Shown one piece after another: positions 27,005 through 36,600 of a DNA stretch of 64,000 bases (position 1 is its first letter; each line of letters starts with the position of its first letter). The translations under genes were made by a program, and so were the position numbers. The notes beneath the pieces are model-generated. The model saw only the letters and a list, made by a program, of their open reading frames with translations, was not told where the DNA came from and searched no databases. The stretch is from an uncultured virus (IMG/VR IMGVR_UViG_3300011434_000007). Its lineage: Duplodnaviria; Heunggongvirae; Uroviricota; Caudoviricetes. The DNA is taken from IMG/VR virus record IMGVR_UViG_3300011434_000007. One strand, written 5' to 3'.

Positions 27005-28504
27005 ATGATCTACGACGCACGTGGCAATGAAGTACCTGCTAGCGATACCCGCTTTGATGCTGAGCCTCTATCAATATCTAAAGCGCTTCCCAATGCTGCC
27101 ACACGTGCAGCAAGTGCTGGGACTTGGCCTTTTTCATATGCAGTGCATCCCCAAACTTTTGGTCGCCTAAGTTTTAGTTTGTTACGTGACATTTATGAAA
27201 TGTCATCTAGCGTTCGACCCATTGTGGATGGTCTAGCTCGTGAAGTCGCATATATTCCTTGGAACATTGTATTTAAAGATAGAATGTTCCATGATCCCCA
27301 AGAGGTAAAAGAATATTGTACTTTCATGCAGATGCCGAACTTGGATCGTGAAACTTTGTCTACCATAATGACAAAGTTTATTACTGATTTATTGGTCATA
27401 GGCAGAGGTGTCATACAGAAGGTTAGGGATTCTAATGGAATACTGCGGGAATTGCTGGCCAAGGATGGCGCTCTTTTTGCACCTAAGTATGATGGCTTCG
27501 GTATCCTCTTGGGTTACACTGAATTTGAACGTGGCACCATTACGCCTACTATGGTGCATCCTAAGGAAGATATCATTTTTAGGAATTTTACACCTAACAC
27601 TTATCGACCCACAGGCACACCTATAATTGAAACCATTGTTAATGAAATTTCATTGTTGATGCTTTCTGTTAAGACCATTGGTTGGACTTTCTCTAATGAT
27701 GAAATTCCTCCTGGTGTATTAGCCATCGGCAAGATTGCAACTGAAGCATTGGAACGTGCACGTGCCTCTTTCGAAGCTGGCCGTGGTATCAATACTTCTA
27801 GCAATCAGATGAAGGTTATTGATAATGTTGAGGGAGAAGTTAAATGGATTCAGTTCACACGACCTTTCCGTGAATTGCAAGTTGCAGAATTAATCCCCAT
27901 CATTGAAAAAATCATAACTAAGAACTTTGGTGTCTCTGCTGTTGAATCTGGCCTGGCAGATGCCTCACAGGGCACAGCTAAGATCGCAGTCAGTGCTTCG
28001 CAGTCCAAATTAATTGGACCTCTAATGGGAATGGTATCTGAAGCCATTACTCTAGAAGTACTAGCAGAGATGAACCCTGATGTGGAGTTCACTTATTCTA
28101 AGGTCCCTCAACAAGATTTTTTGCCACAAACACAGGCTTGGATTCAGATGTGGCGTAGTGGTTTAGCTTCGCGTAATCGTGCGCTAACAGCTCTAGGTCA
28201 AATGCCTGTAAAGGGTGGGGATATATTTACTGTGCTCCTTGGTAATGAAGTTGTACCTCTAGATGAAGATACAGGCCTACCCATTTATCGCAATCCTACT
28301 CCAGGTACACCCCCTGCAGACCAAGCTGCAAATCGAAATCCAGGTAATCAGCAACAGCAAACAGCAGCTGAAAAGGCGGATGAAGCTATAGCCATTGAAT
28401 TGAATCCTGATTTCTTTGAAGAAGTGTTCGACGTCGAAGACGATGGTAGTCTTGAACATGCTAAACGAAAAAGAAAAAGACGCCGCCTTATCAATCCTTA
28501 TTAA
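27005..28504 (+). CDS. Portal protein
   Basis: Follows terL. PN...F...DLLVIG, GTPIIE, F.N..IPPGVL, FGVS, and a C-terminal G.P..GGD pattern. Confidence 0.88.
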   Translation: MIYDARGNEVPASDTRFDAEPLSISKALPNAATRAASAGTWPFSYAVHPQTFGRLSFSLLRDIYEMSSSVRPIVDGLAREVAYIPWNIVFKDRMFHDPQEVKEYCTFMQMPNLDRETLSTIMTKFITDLLVIGRGVIQKVRDSNGILRELLAKDGALFAPKYDGFGILLGYTEFERGTITPTMVHPKEDIIFRNFTPNTYRPTGTPIIETIVNEISLLMLSVKTIGWTFSNDEIPPGVLAIGKIATEALERARASFEAGRGINTSSNQMKVIDNVEGEVKWIQFTRPFRELQVAELIPIIEKIITKNFGVSAVESGLADASQGTAKIAVSASQSKLIGPLMGMVSEAITLEVLAEMNPDVEFTYSKVPQQDFLPQTQAWIQMWRSGLASRNRALTALGQMPVKGGDIFTVLLGNEVVPLDEDTGLPIYRNPTPGTPPADQAANRNPGNQQQQTAAEKADEAIAIELNPDFFEEVFDVEDDGSLEHAKRKRKRRRLINPY

Positions 28505-31064
28505 AAGGGTTCCTAATGTTCAAGCTGCTAAGGATGCAATTGTCCCAGACATAGACATTCCTGAATCTATTCGTCCTGACAAGCTTGGTATTACTGCCCC
28601 GTTAGTTATTCCTGAAGGCGAAAGAGTTGCTTATGTTAAGATGCATTCTCTGCGCAAGACCTTTGCCCATCAGCTTTTGCTCCGCTGGAATAAGTTTAAA
28701 TTGGAATATTTGCAAACACTTGACAAGGCATTGGACAAAGAGCAAAAGAATGTATTCCAAGACATGGTCAATGACTTTAGTGATATTGCCCTTAAGGCTT
28801 TTCAGCAGGGTGTCAACATTGGCAACGGTTATTTTGAAGAGCAGTTCAAAGTACGCGGCTTAAACGAAAAGCAGCAAGCCCAGCTGGTTAATAAGCACTT
28901 AGGTATTTTCGAAGATAAGTCCTACAATCTTTTTTACAAGGAAGCTGCTTCTGTTATAGACGGTGAAACACCTGCGAAGCAAAAGAGTCTTCTTGACGGC
29001 TTTGACCGCTTTCTATTAAACTACGCTAATGTAGCTGTAAGCATTGCTTATGATACTTTTACACGGGGGATTTCGCTTCTTAACCGCTCAGTAGGTGCAG
29101 CCTTTAAGATAGGTGGTTTAGGACTGCCCACTGATCCTGTTAAAGTTATTTGGGTACTAGCTGAGGATGCTACGCATTCTATCGATTGTGAAGCCATGGC
29201 TCTGGGGGTTGATGGTGATGGCTCTGGTATATGGGATGCTCGCCAATTAGCTGAGATGGGTTTGATGCCCGGTTCTTCTCTTTTAGATTGCGGCGGCAAT
29301 TGTCGTTGTCATCTATCATCATATGTGCCATTGGATGCAAGCGCTGCAAGCTGGCTTGATAGTATGACTGAAGCCGCTCCAGTTCGTAATGCCCTACGTG
29401 TTCAACCTAACTTAAGTAGTGGCGCTTTACGTAAGTTGCTTGAGACTGAGGGTATAACGCTCAATATTGCTGATGAAGAAATTTTTAGTTCGATTCTGGC
29501 TAATCCCTTATTACGTCGGAGGGAGTTATGGAAGGAACTAGATAGCTTCACCTTGAAGGTGGTGGAGGGTGAAACTTTTGCAGCTGACGGCTTAACTGTT
29601 GTTCGCAATCGTGGTAGTCTTGGTAAATTACCAGATACTATTGAATTGGCTGTTACACTGCCTAAGGGTAAAATATTCACCAGCCTAACACAGTTTGAAA
29701 AAGATGAAATTGTACGGGTGGCAGCCCATGAGTTTGGCCACACGATTGCTTTTCCCCTAAAGACAACTGTTACATCTAATATTCTTGATAAGGAAGCAGC
29801 TACTCTACTTATTGACACTGCAGGTCGCTCCTTAGATGCTGCCGTAGCTCGCATTAGTGCTAATTTTGAAAATGCTGTCCGTGCTATGTCAGCTTCAACG
29901 ATGACGTCTCAGATGCGAAAAGATATTGTTGTAATGAAGACCTTCCTGGCAGATCCCCAAAATCTGATTGAGTCTATTTTTGACGCTGTTCAGAAAGATG
30001 TCCCTTTTGGATCTGTAAGCGGTCGTGATGCTTGGCGTATGTTGGAAAATGCCATTGCACAATATTCTACTAGTACGCGCCTGTTGACAGCCTATCAGCT
30101 ACGTAGTTCTAATGAATATCTGGCAGAATGGCTTTCGGTATTGTTTACAAATCCTGAAAGAGCAGCAGTACTTGATCCTGATCTGAATAAGCTTATGGCT
30201 AAAGTGCTACCCACCTTCTTTGATTCAGCTGCTGTCCGGCGGGCATCTACTCTATTACCTGATTCCTTGGCCTTGGCCTTTCGACTAGATGTCCCTACGC
30301 CAGGCGGTTTAACACCGATAGCACCTAACGTAATTGACTTCGGTTCTTTAATTGATAGTTTTATTTCTAAGTCAAAGCGTTTTACCACTGAAGCAGTTCA
30401 GAAAGATTTGTTAAGTGTTTTAGAATCTAATCCGCTGCTGCAGCGTTCTGAATATTTTAAAAACTTAGAGGTAAGTTTTGTGGATCGTATTCAGATGGGT
30501 AAGATGTCAGGTTCACGAAATAACATTGGTTTTTTTGATAAGGGCATTTTCACTGTTAATTTTGATTACTGGAATACGTTAACGAAGTCTCAGAAGCAGG
30601 CAACATTGGCTGATGTGATTGCTGAACAGCTCTGGCGTGACGCTAAGCCTCTTATTAAGACAGAAATAAAAGATGCTTATCGTAAAGATTATTTAGGTCG
30701 TACTCTAGATTATTTACAAAATAAGGCAGGTATCCAGCGTATTGGTACTAAGATGGTAGCTGAAATCAGAGCTACTGCTCTGGGAGTTGGTGAAAAGAAA
30801 GGTGATTTAACTTTTTGGACACGGAACTATGAGCAGTACTTTCAGCCAGTGTTAAAGAATATTCCAGATTTACCACTTATGAATCTTGACAGCCTAGCCA
30901 GTCCAAAGGACTTCTGGATGTCCTGGTTTCGGTTATACGTGACACAGCCGTCTTACGCAGCGTATTATAGTAGGGACTTGTTTGAAATTTTAGGGGCTCA
31001 ATTACGTCTAGGCGTTTTAGGGAAAATGTTTAATTTTTTAGGGGGTTGGAAAACATGGCATTAA
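28458..31064 (+). CDS. MuF-like head morphogenesis protein fused to zincin metallopeptidase domain(s)
   Basis: W...HSIDC...PG...CGGNCRC (MuF-like). AAHEFGH with downstream NEYLAE. Start uncertain (28416 or 28458). Confidence 0.75.
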   Translation: MLNEKEKDAALSILIKRVPNVQAAKDAIVPDIDIPESIRPDKLGITAPLVIPEGERVAYVKMHSLRKTFAHQLLLRWNKFKLEYLQTLDKALDKEQKNVFQDMVNDFSDIALKAFQQGVNIGNGYFEEQFKVRGLNEKQQAQLVNKHLGIFEDKSYNLFYKEAASVIDGETPAKQKSLLDGFDRFLLNYANVAVSIAYDTFTRGISLLNRSVGAAFKIGGLGLPTDPVKVIWVLAEDATHSIDCEAMALGVDGDGSGIWDARQLAEMGLMPGSSLLDCGGNCRCHLSSYVPLDASAASWLDSMTEAAPVRNALRVQPNLSSGALRKLLETEGITLNIADEEIFSSILANPLLRRRELWKELDSFTLKVVEGETFAADGLTVVRNRGSLGKLPDTIELAVTLPKGKIFTSLTQFEKDEIVRVAAHEFGHTIAFPLKTTVTSNILDKEAATLLIDTAGRSLDAAVARISANFENAVRAMSASTMTSQMRKDIVVMKTFLADPQNLIESIFDAVQKDVPFGSVSGRDAWRMLENAIAQYSTSTRLLTAYQLRSSNEYLAEWLSVLFTNPERAAVLDPDLNKLMAKVLPTFFDSAAVRRASTLLPDSLALAFRLDVPTPGGLTPIAPNVIDFGSLIDSFISKSKRFTTEAVQKDLLSVLESNPLLQRSEYFKNLEVSFVDRIQMGKMSGSRNNIGFFDKGIFTVNFDYWNTLTKSQKQATLADVIAEQLWRDAKPLIKTEIKDAYRKDYLGRTLDYLQNKAGIQRIGTKMVAEIRATALGVGEKKGDLTFWTRNYEQYFQPVLKNIPDLPLMNLDSLASPKDFWMSWFRLYVTQPSYAAYYSRDLFEILGAQLRLGVLGKMFNFLGGWKTWH

Positions 31065-31450
31065 CGCCAAGTGAAGAAAAAACACTACTTCAGTCCTTTG
31101 CCCGCCTAGGTCAGGTTTGGGGTGTGGCACGTAAGGGTTATATTGCTACTGTTAATGGTGCCATTGTTGGGACCTGGGCTTGGAATACATCTAAGATGCT
31201 CATTAACCCCAATGACAAAGAATTTACTAAGACCATTCGTGGTTTACAAAAGTCAGGTATCTTACATCGCGTACCTGTTCAGGGTCCTACTTTAAAGGAT
31301 TTTGATCAGGCAGAAGCTGTTTCTGATAGTTCTCGCCTTGAAGCGATGCCTCTTAATCAGGCTAACCCTGGCCTACTAGATTATGCGTTAAAGCAGCTGG
31401 GTTATCTGGTTATTGATTCAAATCTTCCTGTTGCCAATGGAGGCGAGTAG
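31055..31450 (+). CDS. Hypothetical protein
   Basis: Overlaps the end of the MuF gene and is coupled to the next gene (TAGTG). Confidence 0.6.
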   Translation: MALTPSEEKTLLQSFARLGQVWGVARKGYIATVNGAIVGTWAWNTSKMLINPNDKEFTKTIRGLQKSGILHRVPVQGPTLKDFDQAEAVSDSSRLEAMPLNQANPGLLDYALKQLGYLVIDSNLPVANGGE

Positions 31451-32325
31451 TGGAAGAAGATATTGTTTTAGATGTGGATCTACCCCCAGATTTTGAAGGC
31501 GCGTTAGGCGCTATTCAACCTGTTGGTTTCTATATCATTGATACACCTGAATTACTAGAACTGGCAGGTGTTGGCGGAGCTGTAGCAGCAGTGGCTGCTA
31601 GAGCATTGTCTGTGTTTCAAGGCGCAAAAGGTTTTTGGATTACGACCCGTTCTGGCGCCAGAGTTTTTATTTCAGAAGAAGCGGCTGCCCGCTCAGCTAG
31701 TTCTGCACGTGTCACTGCTAATGGAGGCGTTAGTGAAAGTGAACGTCGTATGGTAGCGGCTGCCTTTAATAAATTACCTGAAGGCGTCCGCAAAGAAATT
31801 AGTGCAATTGAAGTCTTTGAAAAATCTCCTAATCAACCCATGATTGGTGGCAGAAAGTTAAATGTCCTAGGACAATGGGATGAACAGAATAAAACTCTTC
31901 ATGTTTTCATGGCAGGAGTTCGAAAGAATCCTGCTGCTTTAGATCATGTGCTAGCTCATGAATCTGGCCATGCAGTTTATGATCGGAACCTGTATCCTAT
32001 TAGTGCTGGCTCTTCAGGTGCTACTCCTGCTTTGGCATCAGCACATAGGCGCTTTACAGCCGCATCAGTGAAGGAAGGTGGTATTACCGATTATGCTCAG
32101 AGTCATTTGACAAATGCTGAAACAGTTGCCCGCACAGGTCAGCCTGCTCATGCGTATAAAGAATTGTACAACAATGAAAACTTTGCGGAGTTCCATGCAC
32201 TCTACCGCCAGGCAAAGCAGGATGCATCAGGTGCTAACAAATTAGTTTGGGATTTGCAAACAGGTACCCATCCTGAATCAACAGCAGCTTTTCTTGATAT
32301 TGCTCAGCAGTTAGGGATTTCATAA
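31450..32325 (+). CDS. Zincin metallopeptidase-domain protein
   Basis: WITTRSGARVFI, VLAHESGHA, ITDYA, NENFAE. Confidence 0.75.
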   Translation: MEEDIVLDVDLPPDFEGALGAIQPVGFYIIDTPELLELAGVGGAVAAVAARALSVFQGAKGFWITTRSGARVFISEEAAARSASSARVTANGGVSESERRMVAAAFNKLPEGVRKEISAIEVFEKSPNQPMIGGRKLNVLGQWDEQNKTLHVFMAGVRKNPAALDHVLAHESGHAVYDRNLYPISAGSSGATPALASAHRRFTAASVKEGGITDYAQSHLTNAETVARTGQPAHAYKELYNNENFAEFHALYRQAKQDASGANKLVWDLQTGTHPESTAAFLDIAQQLGIS

Positions 32326-32326
32326 T

Positions 32327-32497
32327 ATGCAAGTTATAAAGCAAGAAATTATTACCACGACTACATTTTTTAAAATGGATCCTGAAACCAAGCAGCTAGT
32401 GGTGGTAGCAGATGACTCAGAAGCAACTGTAGTTAACATTATCAGAGCAGATAAGAACGGCAAGATATTACGTAGCACTTGGGGCGAGCTTGCATAG
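32327..32497 (+). CDS. Small hypothetical protein (56 aa)
   Basis: ATG follows the upstream stop after a 1-nt gap, AGGGA SD. MQVIKQEIITTTTFFK...STWGELA. Confidence 0.5.
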   Translation: MQVIKQEIITTTTFFKMDPETKQLVVVADDSEATVVNIIRADKNGKILRSTWGELA

Positions 32498-32548
32498 GAT
32501 AATCCTACATAGTTGATCTTACTACGTTTTACCATTTAAATTAGTTGT

Positions 32549-33763
32549 ATGTCAATTACGCCAAAAAGAGTTGATATACAAAAGCGTGAACTTCCTAAGT
32601 ATACTTTACTTACCAGGGCTGAAGTTGAATTAGCCCGTACGCTGAGCGGTCACCTAGCCACTATTAAAGTTTTCAAAATAGATGGTCCTGAATTAGCCAG
32701 TTACTGGTATGAAGTACCAGGTAGCACTACACCAAGTGACAAGTATTTAGGTATAATGGAGGGTTTAGTAGTCGCGCGTTTTGCTACTGAAGCACTTGTA
32801 AACATAGGGCACAGAGCTATGGCACCCATGCCTGCTGATTATGATACGTTGCTTTCTGAATATGGCATGGCACTGGTTGTTTTTGAAGGTGACACTTGGC
32901 AGCCTGAAACGTTTCCGATAACCCAGAACACACTTCTTTTATCTGGTGGCGCCGATTCAACACACCTCATGTTCAAGCATCTCAGGGGTCAGACCAACGC
33001 AGCAACTTTGTACCATGGCCAATCCACGTTTAGTACAGGTTTGTGGCCGGAAAACAAAGCTTCATCGAAAATTGTGGAACTTGCACAAAAAGTTTTTGGC
33101 ACAACTATAGATCATCGTAAGATGTCGGCCCGATGGAACTGCAAGCTTGAACGTAAGTGGGCTAAAGCTTTTCGTAACTTCATGCTGGTGACTCAGGCTG
33201 CAACCACTTTCCCACGTACACGTATGTGGGTTGGTACTAGTATTGATGATCGTCTCCACGATAGTTTTCCAGACTTTATTGAAGGATTCACCAAAGTTAC
33301 TGGCATAGAGATCTGCGTACCCAATATACAGACGGGTCGTCGTACGATTATGGGCGACCTTATCAATCTGTCACAAAAGGTGCATCCTTATATTTATGCC
33401 TCAACGACGTCCTGCCAGCTACCACGTTATTTAGGTAAGAAGCACTTTTACTGTGGGTCTTGCCATTCCTGTTTGCTTCGTTTGCCTGCTGTTGAGTTTG
33501 CAGGTGACCCCCGTTTCAGTAATTTTAACAAGGAGTTAAAACTAATTCCTCACGAGTACAGTAACAATTACTGTTATCAGGATTATTACAAGCGTAAGCC
33601 TAGTTCCAATGTACTAAAGACGTTTTTTGCTGATTTAGGTGATACGCCTGCCTTCGATGAATTTATTCCGACTCTTCACCATGTTAAGGCAGAGTGGCCA
33701 GAATATAGTCTTAAGAAGATACTTTCATTATTCCAGTTTACTCGCCTAATGTCTTATAGTTAG
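32549..33763 (+). CDS. QueC-like PP-loop ATPase with N- and C-terminal extensions
   Basis: LLLSGGADST at about residue 130, FRN, HDSFPDF, TTSC...CGSCHSCLLR zinc site. Confidence 0.85.
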   Translation: MSITPKRVDIQKRELPKYTLLTRAEVELARTLSGHLATIKVFKIDGPELASYWYEVPGSTTPSDKYLGIMEGLVVARFATEALVNIGHRAMAPMPADYDTLLSEYGMALVVFEGDTWQPETFPITQNTLLLSGGADSTHLMFKHLRGQTNAATLYHGQSTFSTGLWPENKASSKIVELAQKVFGTTIDHRKMSARWNCKLERKWAKAFRNFMLVTQAATTFPRTRMWVGTSIDDRLHDSFPDFIEGFTKVTGIEICVPNIQTGRRTIMGDLINLSQKVHPYIYASTTSCQLPRYLGKKHFYCGSCHSCLLRLPAVEFAGDPRFSNFNKELKLIPHEYSNNYCYQDYYKRKPSSNVLKTFFADLGDTPAFDEFIPTLHHVKAEWPEYSLKKILSLFQFTRLMSYS

Positions 33764-33782
33764 TTCCTTATTCCTGCACGGG

Positions 33783-33840
33783 TTGCCAAGACCCAACATT
33801 CACGCTATTATCATACTCAACACATGAGGTGTCGTTGAGT
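33783..33840 (+). promoter_or_regulatory. Sigma70 promoter plus RBS-occluding hairpin of the protease gene
   Basis: TTGCCA-N17-TATTAT (33783-33811). ACTCAAC/GTTGAGT stem encloses the SD GAGGTG. Confidence 0.65.
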
Positions 33841-33841
33841 T

Positions 33842-35539
33842 ATGTTCGTTAATCCAATTCCTTTTACTGCTGAGTGGAATATGTCTGTCGCCGAGATTGA
33901 TAAGGCGACAAAAGACAGTGTTAGTGAAGTCCTTCAAGGTAAGTGGATAATTGAGGGTTATGCCTCGACTGGTGATCTTGATGCGCAGTCTCACATTATC
34001 ACACCTGATGCTATTCGTATGGGTGCAGAGTCGTTACAGAAGTATAACACTCTTCTATATAACCACGACTCAAATCGTCCCATTGGTAGGTTGATTAAAG
34101 CTGAAGCCCAAGGCGATAAGCTTTTTATCAAAGCTGAGATTTCTAAAACGGAACCTCTTCTTTGGAGCAAAATTAAAGATGGCACGCTTTCAAAGTTCAG
34201 TATTCGGGGCCGCATCTTAGACGCAGCCAAACAAGAGGATGCAGTAACTAAGAAAGAAATCCTTGTGATCAAGGGCATGGAGCTTCATGAAGTTTCTGTT
34301 GTTTCAGTGCCTGCTAATCCAGCGGCTCGTTCGTTGGCTTGGTATGTTGAAAAGGCAATGGCCGAATTAGATAAGGCAGTTAAACCTAAGCATTATCCCT
34401 TTGACCAGTGTATGTCCGATCGTAAGGCAGCTGGTTATGATGATAAAGCGGCTGCTGCCATTTGTGGCGCAATTAAGGCTCGTACGATTTCGCACATGGT
34501 TGAATGGGGCATGGCTAAGACAGAAGAAGAAGCCATTGAGATGGTCAGTAAGAAATATGAAAGTGATCCTGTTTATGCTTATGCATGGCAGAAGTTTCTT
34601 GATCTGGCTGGCGGCGCTGACAAAGCTGAAGGTGTTATCAAAGATCTTAATGAAGGCAATTTGGGTGTGATGCCGGGGCCCGGCAATGCAAATAAGCGTA
34701 GTCGTGGCCAACTAAATCAGGCTCAAAAGAATTGCGTTGGTACACATATTCGTGAAGGTATGCGAGCCGGTAAACCACATGATCAGGCGATCGCTTACGC
34801 ATATTCAGCCTGTAAAGTTAATAAAGAAATCGAGCCCTCAGGTTCTGTCAAGGAATTCTTTGAAGACCTAGTGGCTAATTTGCCTGAATTAGAAACTCTA
34901 GCAAATGAAATTGAACAAGAACTAAAGACAGAAAAGGGGGGTGACGAGGTGGAAACTCAGAAGAATCAAGAACACCTTATGGAGGCTATTAAGGCCATTC
35001 AAGAAGCAATTCCTACGCTGAAAGGCGAAGCGAAAGATCAAGCAGAAGCGGTACTTCGTTCTTTGGAAGCCCTTAACGTAACCGTCTACGGTAACGCCAA
35101 GAAAGATGGCGAAGGCGAAGATGACGTTGAGAAGGCCAAGAAAGCGAAGATGAAAGCTGAAGAGGATATGAAGACGAAGAAAGCGGCTGAAGATGCTGCT
35201 GCCGACGCCCAGAAATCCTTGGAAAAGCTTATCGGCGACCTGCAGGCCCAAGTTAAAGACGGCCTGGAGAAGACGCAAGCCGAAACTGCCAAGATGGAAG
35301 CTGTTAAAGCTGACATCGAAAAGCAAGTCGCTTCTGTTGTAGCAGCGCTGGAAAAGCTTCCGATCCGTAAGGGTCAGGGGACTGGCGAGGACATCGACCG
35401 CAGCGGCGAGGGTGATAAAGACACCATTGCCGGCTTGGCGAAGTCTGTCAAAGCTGAAAAAGGCTTTGAGAAGTTGGGACCGGGCGATCAATTGCATCGC
35501 TTGTTAGCGACTTTCACAGGGGAACGAAAAGTTAAGTAA
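33842..35539 (+). CDS. HK97-type prohead protease fused to a scaffold
   Basis: IEGYAST...D, LLYNHD...PIG, FSIRG, HEVSVVSVPANP. Charged coiled-coil C-terminus. Confidence 0.92.
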   Translation: MFVNPIPFTAEWNMSVAEIDKATKDSVSEVLQGKWIIEGYASTGDLDAQSHIITPDAIRMGAESLQKYNTLLYNHDSNRPIGRLIKAEAQGDKLFIKAEISKTEPLLWSKIKDGTLSKFSIRGRILDAAKQEDAVTKKEILVIKGMELHEVSVVSVPANPAARSLAWYVEKAMAELDKAVKPKHYPFDQCMSDRKAAGYDDKAAAAICGAIKARTISHMVEWGMAKTEEEAIEMVSKKYESDPVYAYAWQKFLDLAGGADKAEGVIKDLNEGNLGVMPGPGNANKRSRGQLNQAQKNCVGTHIREGMRAGKPHDQAIAYAYSACKVNKEIEPSGSVKEFFEDLVANLPELETLANEIEQELKTEKGGDEVETQKNQEHLMEAIKAIQEAIPTLKGEAKDQAEAVLRSLEALNVTVYGNAKKDGEGEDDVEKAKKAKMKAEEDMKTKKAAEDAAADAQKSLEKLIGDLQAQVKDGLEKTQAETAKMEAVKADIEKQVASVVAALEKLPIRKGQGTGEDIDRSGEGDKDTIAGLAKSVKAEKGFEKLGPGDQLHRLLATFTGERKVK

Positions 35540-35560
35540 ACGTTGTTGAAGGGGAGGTGA

Positions 35561-36523
35561 GTGGTAGATATGGGTCCAGATCTTGCATTGTTGCAAAAAG
35601 CGTTAGCCGAGACTGACATCTCGGCGTTGTTCAAGATCCCTGAGATTGATCAGATGATGGTTCAGCTGGTTGATTTCTTGAATCCGTTGCGGCAAAACTT
35701 GCGGCGGGTTCCGGGTTCAGGGGATAGCTACTTGGTGTACACTCGTACGCCGGGCACAACTCAGGCTGTGGACATCGACGATGTCGATACTATCACTGAG
35801 CAGGTGGGAACTTACGGGGAAGTTACTTTTCCGTACAGAACCATTGCCACTCAGGGTCGTATCAGTCGGCGTGTTCAAAAGACCGGTCGTTCTATTGCGG
35901 ACCTTATGCGTGAAGAGCTCGAGGCGAAAGCTGGCGAGATTCGTAATGCTGAGGATTATCGCATGTTTTGGGGTAACTACCCCACGGTCAATGCCAAACA
36001 GTTCAATGGCCTTGCGTATCAGTTAAACGCTAATACCGGCCAAATCGTGACTGCAGGTACCGACGGTACTTCTGGTAATGATTTGACGACCGCGAAGATG
36101 GATCAGGTAATCGATACCAATATTGGTAATCCTGGTTTGATCGTCACGTCGCGTCTTGGCCGTCGGAAGATCAATGCCTTGCTGCAAGCGCAGCAACGGT
36201 TTGTTGATCGGACGGAAATCGCTGGTGGATTCCGGGTTATTTCGTACAATGATATTCCTATTGTTGCAACGACTAATATTCCGGATGTTCTCACGCGGCA
36301 TCCGTCTACAGGCACGATTACGGCTTTGACCGGTGGTTCAACCTCGGCTTTGTTCGTTATCGATCTGCAGGACGTGTTTATGAGTGTCTTGACTGAGTTG
36401 ACGGTTATGCCGTTGGCGAAGGTCTCTTCGCAGTATGACTTGTTCGACATCTTTATGGATGAAGCTCTCGTCGTACGTGATTTCCGGCACTTGTCGATGT
36501 TGTCCGGCATCAGAGCTGTCTAA
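35561..36523 (+). CDS. Major capsid protein
   Basis: GGAGGTGA SD, follows protease/scaffold. MFWGN...QFNGL, YNDIPIV. Terminator downstream. Start may be ATG 35570. Confidence 0.88.
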   Translation: MVDMGPDLALLQKALAETDISALFKIPEIDQMMVQLVDFLNPLRQNLRRVPGSGDSYLVYTRTPGTTQAVDIDDVDTITEQVGTYGEVTFPYRTIATQGRISRRVQKTGRSIADLMREELEAKAGEIRNAEDYRMFWGNYPTVNAKQFNGLAYQLNANTGQIVTAGTDGTSGNDLTTAKMDQVIDTNIGNPGLIVTSRLGRRKINALLQAQQRFVDRTEIAGGFRVISYNDIPIVATTNIPDVLTRHPSTGTITALTGGSTSALFVIDLQDVFMSVLTELTVMPLAKVSSQYDLFDIFMDEALVVRDFRHLSMLSGIRAV

Positions 36524-36544
36524 GCTTAGTGGGGCGGCGGTTGT

Positions 36545-36587
36545 AGAGGGAGCACTACCTAGTGTGGTGCTCCCTCTTTGTGGTTTT
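36545..36587 (+). terminator. Intrinsic terminator after the capsid gene
   Basis: AGAGGGAGCACTAC / GTGGTGCTCCCTCT stem followed by TTGTGGTTTT. Confidence 0.8.
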
Positions 36588-36600
36588 GGTATACTAGGGT

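Noticed and set aside
32549..33763. Host Qat, Dpd or type IV CBASS defence island
   Set aside because: No QatA/B/D, DpdB-K or cyclase genes, and the context is purely phage head morphogenesis.
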